A stretch of DNA of 64,000 bases, taken from assembly GCA_021776775.1 (NCBI GenBank), contig JAJFFE010000145.1:30884-94883 (forward strand). The letters are read 5' to 3'. This stretch comes from Planctomycetota bacterium. Lineage in GTDB: Bacteria > Planctomycetota > UBA8108 > UBA1146 > JAJFFE01. Position 1 is the stretch's first letter, and every line of letters starts with the position of its first letter. A program made the translations under genes and the position numbers. Of the stretch, positions 47,626 to 57,614 are shown piece by piece. The notes beneath the pieces were generated by a model that did no database searches, was not told where the DNA came from, and saw nothing but the letters and a program-made list of their open reading frames with translations.

Positions 47626-49740
47626 TCAACGACGGTACAAGTGACCGGCGGGAATTTTCTGTCGGCGCATCGTCGAACTAGACATCTCCAGCTGCAGCTC
47701 GGCGTCTCCCGTCGCTTGGAAGTACTCGATCCGAATGGGATGCGCACCAGTCGCCAGCGCGACGACCGCTGAGCGTTCGACCATGCCGTGCAGCCCGTCG
47801 TTGTCGATCAAGAGTTTGTCGTGGAGATACAGACGACTACCGTCGTCGCTCGTCAAATAGAGTGTGTAGACGTCGTTGGTGGGGACTTCCAAATACGCCT
47901 CGAACACGATCGCGTACTGCTCTTTTCGCTCCGTCACATCGATTCGAATTCCGTCGATCTCACCACTGCGTGTCGGTTTTCCCTCGAGATCGGCCAAGCT
48001 CTGCCAAGCACGTTCGTACAACGCGAACGAAACTCCGGGTACCAATGCGACCTTGGGTCGCGCGCCGACTTGCAATTCAGCGGGCGAGTAGCGCCGAAAC
48101 GAAAGGCGAGCTTCGGCTAAGCTCGTCACTTCGCCACGCACTGCGATCGCTCGAACCTCACATGTGCGATCGACCCGTATGGGTCGCTGATACCGGGTCG
48201 ACTCACGACTAGGCGACGCCCCGTTTGTCGTGTAGCGAATCTCAGCCTTGGGATCGTCGGAGCGTAGGGTGACGGTAGTCTCGCCAAAGAAGTGCGCCGC
48301 CGGTGTGTGAATCGCTACCGAAGGTGGCGCGGCATAGACCTCGACCGAGGACAGTATTGGGCACGCTCGTGACTCATGAATCGTAACCCGAATGCGGGAG
48401 GCGCGGACGGTTCCGGTCAACACGATTCGCTTGTTCCCGATAGTGGTTCCCCGTGCGATTTCTACCCACGAATCCCCCGTCCCGGCGTCGATCGAAAACG
48501 ACTTCGTCCTCTGCCCGAGCGCGATGGGTTCCCGAAGCACGACGCGATCGAAGACTTGGGGAGCGCGGAAGTCGATCAACGCCGACGCCGATTGGACCGA
48601 ATCGTTGGTTGCCCAGTAGGTTTCGTTGCTGCCGTCGGTCAGGTTTGCCGGACTAAATCGGACCGACGCACCGCGGACGTTCGACGCGGTAGCGCTTGCG
48701 CCGCGGGCGATGTCGTTCGCGTAGATGCGATCGAGCGCGGCGCGAAACTCCATGACACTGGCGACGTCGCGTTCGTGGACGAGCCCGCGCCGGTCGACGG
48801 GGAAATTGAGAAGCAGATTGGCGTTTCGCCCGACGGAACCGTGATAGATGCGAAGAAGGTGCTCAGCGCTCTTCACTTTCTCGTCCTGCGACGCGTGGTA
48901 GTACCACCCTGGACGTATCGACACGTCGCATTCGGCCGGAACCCAGTGCGTCCCGTTCGCATGTCCAACGGTGAGTTCGCGGGCGTGCGGGTAACCGGGG
49001 TACACTTCGCCCCTTCGCAAGAACGACCAGCACGTCTCTCCGGCAAAACCCCGTTCGTTCCCGACCCAACGCACGTCGGGGCCGCCGTCCGAAAAGATAA
49101 CTGCATTCGATTGGCATTCGCGCACCACGCCGACGAACGCCGGCCAGTCGTATTGCTGACGCTTTCCGTTGGGTCCCTCGCCGCAAGCACCGTCGAACCA
49201 AACCTCGAACACTTCGCCGTAACCCGTCAGTACCTCGCGAAGTTGGTTCTTGAAATATTCGTTGTATACGTCGGAGTTGCCGTAGTCCGGGTGGTGTCGA
49301 TCCCAAGGCGAGAGGTATACGCCAAACTTCAGCCCGAACTCGCGGCAAGCCTCGGATAGCGAGCGAAGCACGTCACCCCGGCCCTCTTGCCAATCGCTCG
49401 ATGCGACGTCGTGCTCAGTGTAGTCCGAGGGCCAAAGACAAAAGCCGTCGTGATGCTTGGCGGTGATGATGACGCCGCGAAGCCCAGCGTCTCGGAAGAC
49501 TTTGGCCCATTGCCGGCAGTCGAGTTCGGTCGGGTTGAATTGCTTGGGATCTTCCCGGCCCTCACCCCATTCGTGGTCCGTAAACGTGTTCATGTTGAAA
49601 TGAACGAACGCGTACAGCTCGAGCTCCTGCCACGCCCTTTGCCGTGCATGAGGAACGGGGCCAACCGGCGCCGGGGGCTCTGAGCTCGATTGGGAGAAGC
49701 CGAACGAGACGACCGCGGCAAGGAGAATATGGCCGATCAC
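47626..49740 (-). CDS. alpha-L-fucosidase (GH29) with F5/8 type C (discoidin) and C-terminal PA14 domains
   Basis: FVHFNMNTF...AKHHDGFCLWPS...GVYLSPWDRHHP...EVWFDGACGEGP. Discoidin-like middle region and PA14-like tail. Confidence 0.8.
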   Translation of the reverse strand: MIGHILLAAVVSFGFSQSSSEPPAPVGPVPHARQRAWQELELYAFVHFNMNTFTDHEWGEGREDPKQFNPTELDCRQWAKVFRDAGLRGVIITAKHHDGFCLWPSDYTEHDVASSDWQEGRGDVLRSLSEACREFGLKFGVYLSPWDRHHPDYGNSDVYNEYFKNQLREVLTGYGEVFEVWFDGACGEGPNGKRQQYDWPAFVGVVRECQSNAVIFSDGGPDVRWVGNERGFAGETCWSFLRRGEVYPGYPHARELTVGHANGTHWVPAECDVSIRPGWYYHASQDEKVKSAEHLLRIYHGSVGRNANLLLNFPVDRRGLVHERDVASVMEFRAALDRIYANDIARGASATASNVRGASVRFSPANLTDGSNETYWATNDSVQSASALIDFRAPQVFDRVVLREPIALGQRTKSFSIDAGTGDSWVEIARGTTIGNKRIVLTGTVRASRIRVTIHESRACPILSSVEVYAAPPSVAIHTPAAHFFGETTVTLRSDDPKAEIRYTTNGASPSRESTRYQRPIRVDRTCEVRAIAVRGEVTSLAEARLSFRRYSPAELQVGARPKVALVPGVSFALYERAWQSLADLEGKPTRSGEIDGIRIDVTERKEQYAIVFEAYLEVPTNDVYTLYLTSDDGSRLYLHDKLLIDNDGLHGMVERSAVVALATGAHPIRIEYFQATGDAELQLEMSSSTMRRQKIPAGHLYRR

Positions 49741-50195
49741 AAGTGACCCTTCTCTCGAGAGGAAGGGCCAATCTTGCCTCTGGGGGCGCCAGGTTCAAGG
49801 ATAAGGGGGAGCGGGGGCGATCGTGGTGCGTATCAATGGTGCTTTTGGGGGGTTCAGTACGATCGCCCCGCCCGGGGGGAGTGGGAAGGAGTCGGAGTGG
49901 GAAGGAGTGGGAAGTTGTCTCGGATCGGGCGGCTTGTACTCGTCAGGGTTGTTGAGTTTGGTGTTCCACCCGATCCGCGAGACGACCAAGAAAGACGCGC
50001 CGCTCGGTTGTCGCGCTGGGAGGCCGAGATTTCACACAAGTAGTTCTGCCACTGAGCTTTGTTCCCGCGTCCGTCAAAAGACTTCCGATACGGGAGTACC
50101 AACGGGTACGCAATTCGACCAAATCTTCGGGAACAGCTGACTCCACTCGCGCCACCACGTCTGTCCGACGCACCTCCGCCACGCAGAAATCCGCC

Positions 50196-51689
50196 ATGCC
50201 GACACCGAGACCTGGGCCTCACACGAACCGCAAGGATCATCAAGACTTGCGAACCCCGGGATCCCAAAATCTAAGACCGGGACGACCGTGCGCCACCTCA
50301 CGCCGTGGCTCCGGCACGAAGCGACACGACGTGCAACTGAACGTCGCGGAGGACGACACCGCGCAACTGCACAACCTTGCGCAACACCTACTCGGCGATC
50401 CCCATCGCGCGGACGACGCAGTGCAAGACACGCTGCTCGCGGCAATCAATGGTGCTAGCTCTCCCGTCCGAGACACCGGGGCGTGGTTGCGCGGAGTTTT
50501 GCGTCGCGTCAGCGCCAACGCGCGGCGAGCCGATCACGTGCGTCGCGTGAGAGAGACGCGCGGCGCGACCCTCGATCAGCACCACTCCCACTTCCATGTC
50601 GAACAGGACAGGGTCGTCGATCGCGAGAGGGCGGCCGACGTCGCACTCGCCATCGACGAGCTCGACGAGCCGTACCGCGTGGTGGTCCGTCTCACCTACT
50701 TCGAAGAGCTAGACTCGGTCCAGGTGGCGCGCCGTTTGGGCGTGGCACCCGCCACGGTGAGAACGCGCCTCCATCGAGCGCGCGCTACCCTTCGCGATCG
50801 ACTCTCTGCCCAACACGGTCCCGCGTCGGTGGCCCTCTTCCCGTGGTTCGGCTCTTGGTTTCAGCGAGGGACCCATAACCCGATCGCGGCCACCGCGCAG
50901 ACGGGAGTGGGGCTCTCCCTAGCCGCCAAAGTCGCTGCGAGCGTCGTCCTCTCTCTGTCACTGGCCGTCGCGTTCATGGCGGCTGACGGTACGGTCGTCG
51001 CGATCGCTCCCGCGTCTGAAGCACCGCCGACGACGCCGTCGTTCGTTGCAACCACAGCCGACGACATCATCGAACGCGCGCAACAGTTTCCCCCGCCGGA
51101 TCCATGGATCACGCACGGTCAACCGATGTCGCCCGCGTCGGCTCTTCGCCGATCGACTCCGTTTCGATCCACCCCGTTTCGATCGGACGCACGAGCGCGT
51201 CTCGCTCGCTTCGAGCACAGTGTCGGCGCTCCGTTTCTTCTGTACCATGACCTCCCGACTTGGCTACGCCGTCATGCACCGAGATACGGCTTGTTCCTAA
51301 AACGACGCGGCGGGGACATCGCGATCCTCGATCTGCGCGACGAGCACAATCATCCCGTTCTCATCGACGCCAACGTTCGACACCTCGCGGAGTCCATGCT
51401 CTTCGAATACGACGCGCAACTCGTCGCGCAAGAGGCGTATGTCGCGCAGTGCGTTACCGACGGGGGGGCTCGCCTGCTTCAAGCCGGTTCGATTCCCACG
51501 ATCCAGGTGGACGCCAACAAACGGGGTGTCATTGTCGACAGTCATCGCGACGGTCGGGTGACCGTCGTCGATATCGATGACGCATTCTTGGCCGACCGCG
51601 CTGCTCGATCCGATCGGCTCGAGGACCTTCGCCAGCGGCTTGCGGTCGATCGCGCGGTGCTCGCGGTGACACCCGCGAAAGACGAGTAG
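50196..51689 (+). CDS. ECF sigma-70 factor fused to a TM helix and ~250-aa C-terminal extracytoplasmic domain
   Basis: Region 2 DAVQDTLLAA and region 4 EELDSVQVARRLGVAPATVRTRLHRARATLR. TM segment VAASVVLSLSLAVAFMAA. The start is uncertain (possibly an internal GTG). Confidence 0.6.
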   Translation: MPTPRPGPHTNRKDHQDLRTPGSQNLRPGRPCATSRRGSGTKRHDVQLNVAEDDTAQLHNLAQHLLGDPHRADDAVQDTLLAAINGASSPVRDTGAWLRGVLRRVSANARRADHVRRVRETRGATLDQHHSHFHVEQDRVVDRERAADVALAIDELDEPYRVVVRLTYFEELDSVQVARRLGVAPATVRTRLHRARATLRDRLSAQHGPASVALFPWFGSWFQRGTHNPIAATAQTGVGLSLAAKVAASVVLSLSLAVAFMAADGTVVAIAPASEAPPTTPSFVATTADDIIERAQQFPPPDPWITHGQPMSPASALRRSTPFRSTPFRSDARARLARFEHSVGAPFLLYHDLPTWLRRHAPRYGLFLKRRGGDIAILDLRDEHNHPVLIDANVRHLAESMLFEYDAQLVAQEAYVAQCVTDGGARLLQAGSIPTIQVDANKRGVIVDSHRDGRVTVVDIDDAFLADRAARSDRLEDLRQRLAVDRAVLAVTPAKDE

Positions 51690-51896
51690 CGTCTTCGCAT
51701 CGAGCCAACAACCACCAAAGGCGACTGGTGCTGTCCAGTCTCGCTGGCCCCAGTCCATGCAGCCCGCCCGCACCACGAGAATCTAAAAAAGCTTTGAACC
51801 ATCACTCGGCCCGTCGCCTAGAACATTGCTTGGCAGGCCGCGATGACGCGGCCCGCGGCAACTAATGGCACTCGTGCTCTCTATTGGGGGATCTGT

Positions 51897-52637
51897 ATGA
51901 AATGGGTGGTAGTAGCGGCAATGCTCACCTGCGCCGGGTGCGCGTCAATGCCGGGCGAATCGGCGTGGATCGCCAATGACGTCGCTTCACGCACCCTGGA
52001 GGCCTCGGCCGGGTACCTCGGATCAGACCGAGGGCTCAGCTCCACCGTCGCCGCCGATCAAGCCGAGATACGGGTGTCCGTCGATGACGCGCCCGACGCC
52101 GGGCGGCTGATGATCTACGAAGGCTCTTTCACGATCATCGTCGGCAACCCGGACGACGCGATCGGATCGCTGATTCGTCGTGTGCAAGAGACCGGTGGCT
52201 ACCTGGTGGAGAAGAAGGACCGCAGTGTCACGTGCCGAGTTCCGGCGGATCGATTCGACGAAGTCGTGGCTGGTGTCCGCGGTTCCGGGCAGATCGCACA
52301 CGAACATGTCACGGCACAGGACGTGACACGCGAATACATGGACATCGGTATCCGACTCGAGAACGCCGAGACGTCACGCACGCGGCTGCTAAAGCTTCTA
52401 GAGAAGGCAGAAGCAGTCGAGGCGATCCTCAAGATCGAGGAGCAGCTGCGCCGTTTGACAGATGAGATCGAACGGATGAAAGGCGCGCTCCGCTACATGA
52501 CCGAGCGTGTCTCGTTTTCGTTGATCACCGTGAGCTACCAGGCGCCTCTGATCAATAATTCACGATCGGCGCGTCAGGCGAGTCGGTTTCCATGGATCAA
52601 CCGCGTCGGCATCCGTTCGGTATTGGAGCGCTTCTAA
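51897..52637 (+). CDS. DUF4349-like lipoprotein with coiled-coil
   Basis: MKWVVVAAMLTCAGCAS lipobox. A coiled-coil region, then a hydrophobic C-terminal segment. Confidence 0.45.
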   Translation: MKWVVVAAMLTCAGCASMPGESAWIANDVASRTLEASAGYLGSDRGLSSTVAADQAEIRVSVDDAPDAGRLMIYEGSFTIIVGNPDDAIGSLIRRVQETGGYLVEKKDRSVTCRVPADRFDEVVAGVRGSGQIAHEHVTAQDVTREYMDIGIRLENAETSRTRLLKLLEKAEAVEAILKIEEQLRRLTDEIERMKGALRYMTERVSFSLITVSYQAPLINNSRSARQASRFPWINRVGIRSVLERF

Positions 52638-53080
52638 TGAAACGACTGAGCATCGCCCTCGTCTTGTCGATCGTTGGCGTCACCACTGGGTGCGGACTAA
52701 CCATCGACGCGCCGCGCGACTTCCTTCGCTTGAATTCCAAAGAGGGTCTGAAGCTGACCACCGCCGACGACGCCCGAGTCTGGGTTCGTGAACAGTCGAC
52801 ATCGGTACCGGCGGACCTCGACTTCTGGACCGAAGCATTACTCAATGACCTCGTCGAACGCCGGGGCTACCTGGTCGTTTCGGACGACGAGGTCACCGAT
52901 TGCGGGCCAGGCCGCGAGTTGGTGTGCGACGCCTCCGTCGAGGGGATTGACTACCGCTACTCGATCACGGTCTACGTCGTTGCGCCGAAGCGAATCCGTA
53001 CCGTCGAGTATCTCGCGCCCAAGGAAGAGTTCGAGCGATACATCGCCGGCGTACGTGAGGCTCGGGGCACCGTTCGCTAA
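52637..53080 (+). CDS. hypothetical lipoprotein
   Basis: ATG overlaps the upstream stop (TAATG). Lipobox TTGCG. Confidence 0.45.
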   Translation: MKRLSIALVLSIVGVTTGCGLTIDAPRDFLRLNSKEGLKLTTADDARVWVREQSTSVPADLDFWTEALLNDLVERRGYLVVSDDEVTDCGPGRELVCDASVEGIDYRYSITVYVVAPKRIRTVEYLAPKEEFERYIAGVREARGTVR

Positions 53081-53097
53081 GAGACACCGTTCGGCCG

Positions 53098-53463
53098 CTA
53101 GCCAATGTACTGAGACAGCGTCCATTCGTTACCGTCGGGATCGCGAAGTTCGGCGAGCTTGATCGGCTCGCCGGGGCGCGTTTCCGGTGCCTTCAGCACG
53201 GTTGCACCGTGCTCCTTGGCCGCGGCGCACGCCGCCTCTACGTCACTGACTTGGAAACCTAGGCCTGATCGATTCGGCGTGCCGTCCCCGCCGCCGTGGA
53301 GCGCGATCACGGTGTCCCCATGTTTCAGCTCTGACCAGTGCGGAGATTGAAACCCGACTTCGAGCCCAAGGGCGTCGCGCATGAAGCACACCGCACGATC
53401 CATGTCTTGCGCCCACAACATCACCTTGACGACTTGAACGTCGAATTTCTCAGGCACGGCAGC
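53098..53463 (-). CDS. VOC (glyoxalase) family protein
   Basis: GTG start preceded by a GAGAGAGAGG Shine-Dalgarno. VKVMLWAQDMDRAVCFMRDALGL...DPDGNEW. Confidence 0.6.
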   Translation of the reverse strand, partial: AAVPEKFDVQVVKVMLWAQDMDRAVCFMRDALGLEVGFQSPHWSELKHGDTVIALHGGGDGTPNRSGLGFQVSDVEAACAAAKEHGATVLKAPETRPGEPIKLAELRDPDGNEWTLSQYIG

Positions 53464-53483
53464 CTCTCTCTCATCGGAAGAAT

Positions 53484-54653
53484 CTACATGAAGCGGGTGA
53501 TGTCTATTTCCATCGCCCCCGAAGCAGCTATCGACTCGAAGACAACGGCCGAGAGGCCGGTGCGCTCTTCGTAGTTCTGTAGCACGTGACTCTCGAACGA
53601 CTCGACACCATCGGAGTCGACCAACGCCACCGCGCAGCCGGCAAAGCCGGCTCCCGAAAGTCGCGCGCCCACGCACGCCGAGTGACCTCGTGCAACATCA
53701 ACGATGACATCGAGCGCGACGCTGGACACCTGGAAGTCGTCTCTCAAGCTGCGGTGGCTGGCGTTGATCAGCTCTCCGAACTGGACGACATCGTCCGCGC
53801 CCATGGCTGCGACCGCCAGTAGCGTCCTTTCATTCTCGGTGACCACATGGCGGGCCCGCCGAAAAGTCGTGTCGTCGATACGCCCGCGGCGGGCCGCTCG
53901 CTCCAGATCCGTCAGCGGGACGTCACGGAGCTCCGCCACGCCGAGCATCTCGGCCGCGTTTCGACACTGCTGACGTCGCTCGTTGTAGGCAGAGTCCTGA
54001 AGGCGCCGGCGAGTTCCGGTGTCGAGAACGACGACGGAGAATCCCACCGGAAGGGGCAGAGCGGAGATCGTGTGCGTTCGACAGTCGATCAGCATGGCGG
54101 AATCCGCCACCGCCGCCGCACTGGTCAGCTGATCCATGATTCCGCACTCGACACCGACCCAATCACACTCTGCTCGCTGAGCGTGCTGGGCCATGACGAT
54201 CGGGTCCCACTCCAGCCCCGAGCTCGTCGCGAATCCACGCGCCACCGACAACTCCAACGCGGCGGAAGAGGACAAACCCGCGCCGCAGGGAACGTCGCTC
54301 GTGATCACACCGTCGAACCCGCGTAGCTCGTGGTTGAGCTGGAGCTGATGTGCGACCCCTTTGACATACTCTATCCAAGTGTGACCTTCGCGCTGAAGGG
54401 AGTCGAGGTCGAACGACATGACCTCGTCGAACGTGGTGGCTTGCACTCGAACCGTCCGATCTTCGCGGGGACGCAACGCAATCCACACCGAGCGATCGAG
54501 CGCCATCGGCAGCACGAAACCACCGTTGTAGTCCGTGTGTTCGCCAATGAGATTGATGCGGCCCGGAGCGCGAACGATCGCCGACGGCTTCGACCCAAAA
54601 CTCGAAGTGAACGTTTCAATCGCCGCGATGGCGGGCGCAATCCTCGACTCCAA
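53484..54653 (-). CDS. galK: galactokinase (GHMP kinase)
   Basis: APGRINLIGEHTDYNGGFVLP and PCGAGLSSSAALE. TTG start with a GGGAGG Shine-Dalgarno. The track ORF is extended to 54926. Confidence 0.8.
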   Translation of the reverse strand: MESRIAPAIAAIETFTSSFGSKPSAIVRAPGRINLIGEHTDYNGGFVLPMALDRSVWIALRPREDRTVRVQATTFDEVMSFDLDSLQREGHTWIEYVKGVAHQLQLNHELRGFDGVITSDVPCGAGLSSSAALELSVARGFATSSGLEWDPIVMAQHAQRAECDWVGVECGIMDQLTSAAAVADSAMLIDCRTHTISALPLPVGFSVVVLDTGTRRRLQDSAYNERRQQCRNAAEMLGVAELRDVPLTDLERAARRGRIDDTTFRRARHVVTENERTLLAVAAMGADDVVQFGELINASHRSLRDDFQVSSVALDVIVDVARGHSACVGARLSGAGFAGCAVALVDSDGVESFESHVLQNYEERTGLSAVVFESIAASGAMEIDITRFM

Positions 54654-54756
54654 GCGAACCTCCCGCGTACAATGCCAAGTCTCCCGTTGTAGCAAATCAC
54701 AATCGCTCGGGTAAGTTCCATCGAAGAACTGAGCTCTCTCGTCGAGGCGACTCTCA

Positions 54757-55707
54757 ATGCATGTTCGAATCGCGACGCCAAGTTGGGATGAACCCACGGG
54801 GAACGCGCGTACCGCGGGGCGCTGGCAAGCACTGCTCACCGGTCTCGGGCACGTCGTCTCAGTCGGTGAGCAAGACGATTCGACGACCGAGCTATTGATC
54901 GCGATACATGCCCGAAAGAGCGCCACCGCGGTGGCGTCGTTCCGGTCCGAGTTTCCGAATCGCCCAATTGTGTTGTTGTTGTCGGGAACCGATTTGTACG
55001 GAGATCTTCACCAAGATCCGATCATGACGCGGTCGCTCGAGGCGGCGGATCGTCTGATCGTTCTGCATGAACGCGGTGGGGAAGACGTCCCCCCTCAATT
55101 CCGAGAACGCGTGCGCTGGATCCCGCAGTCGGTGTTGCCTCCGACGGAAATTCCGGCGCGTCCCCACGATCATGTCCGCGTTGCCGTGGTCAGCAACCTC
55201 CGAGACGTCAAGGACCCGCTGCTCACGCTCGAAGCGCTCTCCTACCTACCCGAATCGTCGACGATCCATGTGGTTCACGTCGGCCAACCCCTCGACCCCG
55301 TCCTCGAGGAGCGCGCGCGTCGAGCATCACAGTCTCAGCCCCGGTACACGTACCTCGGACCGACTAGCCTGGAGGATGCGCTGAGACACATCGGTTCAGC
55401 TCACGTTCTGTCGCTCACGTCGAAGTTGGAAGGTGGGGCAAACGTCGTCTCGGAAGCGATCGTGCTGGGGACACCGGTGATCTGTACGGAGATCGCCGGC
55501 AGCGTCGGTATGCTCGGGCCAGACTACGAAGGCTACTATCCCGTCGGCGATGCGCGAGCGCTTGCCGAGCGACTGCACCGCGCCGAATCCGACCCGTCGT
55601 ACTACGAGCGGCTCTCACGCGCGTGCGCGGAGAATCGCGAACAGTACACGCCGGCGTTCGAGCGAGAGAAGTGGCGACTACTTCTCGGTGAGTTCGAACG
55701 CGACTGA
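54757..55707 (+). CDS. short GT-B (GT4-like) glycosyltransferase
   Basis: C-terminal LTSKLEGGANVVSEAIVLGTPVICTEIAG is the GT4 EX7E-like region. 316 aa. Confidence 0.55.
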   Translation: MHVRIATPSWDEPTGNARTAGRWQALLTGLGHVVSVGEQDDSTTELLIAIHARKSATAVASFRSEFPNRPIVLLLSGTDLYGDLHQDPIMTRSLEAADRLIVLHERGGEDVPPQFRERVRWIPQSVLPPTEIPARPHDHVRVAVVSNLRDVKDPLLTLEALSYLPESSTIHVVHVGQPLDPVLEERARRASQSQPRYTYLGPTSLEDALRHIGSAHVLSLTSKLEGGANVVSEAIVLGTPVICTEIAGSVGMLGPDYEGYYPVGDARALAERLHRAESDPSYYERLSRACAENREQYTPAFEREKWRLLLGEFERD

Positions 55708-55727
55708 CGAAAGCCAACGGTTCCCGC

Positions 55728-56903
55728 TCAACGCAATAATGGAAGTTCCCGAGGAGTGGGCGACATCCATTCGCACCCGTCGTCACCCACGAGCACCATG
55801 TCCTCGAGTCCCAAGTATCCTCGCCCCTCGACCATGACACCGAGTTCTAGCGTGTATACCTGTTGTGACGCCACGGTTCGCTCGACCGTCTCGCCGTACC
55901 GCTCCCACCGCGGCCCGAGAAGTGTCCCACCATCGTGAACCGCCTGACCCACCTGGTGCCCCACACAGTGGGCGTACTCTTCATACCCCGCGTCGGTGAT
56001 GACCTTGCGCGACGCCGCATCGACGCGCCACCCTTCGATCCCCGGTTCGAGAATCGAAAACGCGGCGTCGATCGCCGCCCTAACGGTATCGAACGCTCGC
56101 GCGACGTCATCCGGCAACGCAGTCTCACCGTCGTGCGGGACGTACCACGATCGTTGCAAATCCGAACAGTACCCACGCGCCTTGACTCCCACGTCGATGT
56201 GGAAAATCTGGCCGGGTGCGACGGTGAGCGCAGCCGAGGGAGCGCCGTGGCCCACTTCCGACTCAGGTCCACTCGTCACGAGCGGGCACGGATCCCACGC
56301 CGCTGGTACCCCGCGTTCTTTCATGGCATCGCGAACGAAATCATAGACTCGAGTCTCGCTCCAACCGGGTGCGACTTGGTGCGAGACATCGTCGATGATC
56401 GAATTCGTGATGGCGATCGCCTCGCGCATTCGCTCGAGCTCGGCCGCGGTCTTGTGACCACGGAAGACATCGAGAATCGCAGCGGCGCTCTCCAGACGAT
56501 CGGCGTACTTCGTGTCTCGCAAATAGTCGACGAGTCGTAGATACATCCCGTGCGACAACCCGTCCGATTGCGTGTCGTCCAACGAGTAGTTGATCGCGAT
56601 CCTCGCCGGATCCAACCGCGAGATCTCATCGGTCAACAGCTGTCGCGGAGACTCGACGTAGGTAACGACGCGGGGCCAGACTTCCGACTCGCGCACGCCG
56701 TCGTGGCGCCCCACGATGGCGACCCGCTCTCCGTTGGCCGCAACGAGGAAGCAACTCTGCCAAGTCACATCGTGACCCAATATGAGCGATAAGACCGGGT
56801 CCCCGCCACAGCTCGACTCGCGGACAAAGGTGAGCCACAGATCCACTCCTTGGCTACGCAAGATGTCTGGGGTGATCCGGAGTTTTTCGGCCGGTATAGA
56901 CAT
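55728..56903 (-). CDS. M24 family metallopeptidase (Xaa-Pro aminopeptidase / creatinase-like)
   Basis: Pita-bread domain: HCVGHQVGQAVHDGG...YTLELGV. N-terminal creatinase-like domain. Confidence 0.75.
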   Translation of the reverse strand: MSIPAEKLRITPDILRSQGVDLWLTFVRESSCGGDPVLSLILGHDVTWQSCFLVAANGERVAIVGRHDGVRESEVWPRVVTYVESPRQLLTDEISRLDPARIAINYSLDDTQSDGLSHGMYLRLVDYLRDTKYADRLESAAAILDVFRGHKTAAELERMREAIAITNSIIDDVSHQVAPGWSETRVYDFVRDAMKERGVPAAWDPCPLVTSGPESEVGHGAPSAALTVAPGQIFHIDVGVKARGYCSDLQRSWYVPHDGETALPDDVARAFDTVRAAIDAAFSILEPGIEGWRVDAASRKVITDAGYEEYAHCVGHQVGQAVHDGGTLLGPRWERYGETVERTVASQQVYTLELGVMVEGRGYLGLEDMVLVGDDGCEWMSPTPRELPLLR

Positions 56904-57127
56904 GTATCGCTCACTATCTTTGGAGATCCGAAAGGCGGTCGAGCCAAGTGAGACTAGCGTTCCCGAAGCGGAAGGAAAGAGCCATACGGGTATGATATCG
57001 AGCTAGCAATCGGTTACTCTTCGATCGCCGAGTCCCGACGGACGCTGGTCTCACGAGAAGCAAAGCGTTCGGAGCAAAGTCCGGCGCGGACTGTTGTTCC
57101 GTCGAAACTTCGGCTTGGGAGTGCGTT

Positions 57128-57574
57128 TTGGACGGCTGCGTTTCAGGAGGATTGTTGGACGAGAGATCGGCCGCCGTCGCGGTCACCGCGAAAATGGCGC
57201 TCATGGACGGCGAGATCGGCAACCCCGAGCGGGCGCTTCTCGAAGAGCTGCTCGGGACTGGACCGATCGTCGACGAGGTCGTCGAGTACGCTCGAACCGT
57301 CCCGCTGAAAGACCTTCTAACTCGCGTCAATCGCTACGAGGATCGCTTCTTCGTAACCTACCGCGCGTACTTCATGGCCGCAGCAGACGGGACCCTCGAT
57401 ATCGCCGAACTTCGCATCTTCAATCGATTGGTTCGCGAGTTCGCCATCGCATCCGGCGACCGTGACCTCATCGTCGAAACGCACGCTCGCCTGACGGCCG
57501 AAAAGCCCGCCGACCCAGACCCGCGCGTGATGGAGCTGTATCGAGCTTCGAGCTTCTTCGAGCAAGATGGATAA
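57128..57574 (+). CDS. TerB-like (tellurite-resistance / DjlA N-terminal like) domain protein
   Basis: Acidic helical protein with ALMDGEIGNPERALLEELL and MAAADGTLDIAELRIFNRL repeats. Confidence 0.4.
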   Translation: MDGCVSGGLLDERSAAVAVTAKMALMDGEIGNPERALLEELLGTGPIVDEVVEYARTVPLKDLLTRVNRYEDRFFVTYRAYFMAAADGTLDIAELRIFNRLVREFAIASGDRDLIVETHARLTAEKPADPDPRVMELYRASSFFEQDG

Positions 57575-57614
57575 CTCTCAGCGTGAGGTTGGACCTCCGA
57601 CGAGCTCGAAGCCT

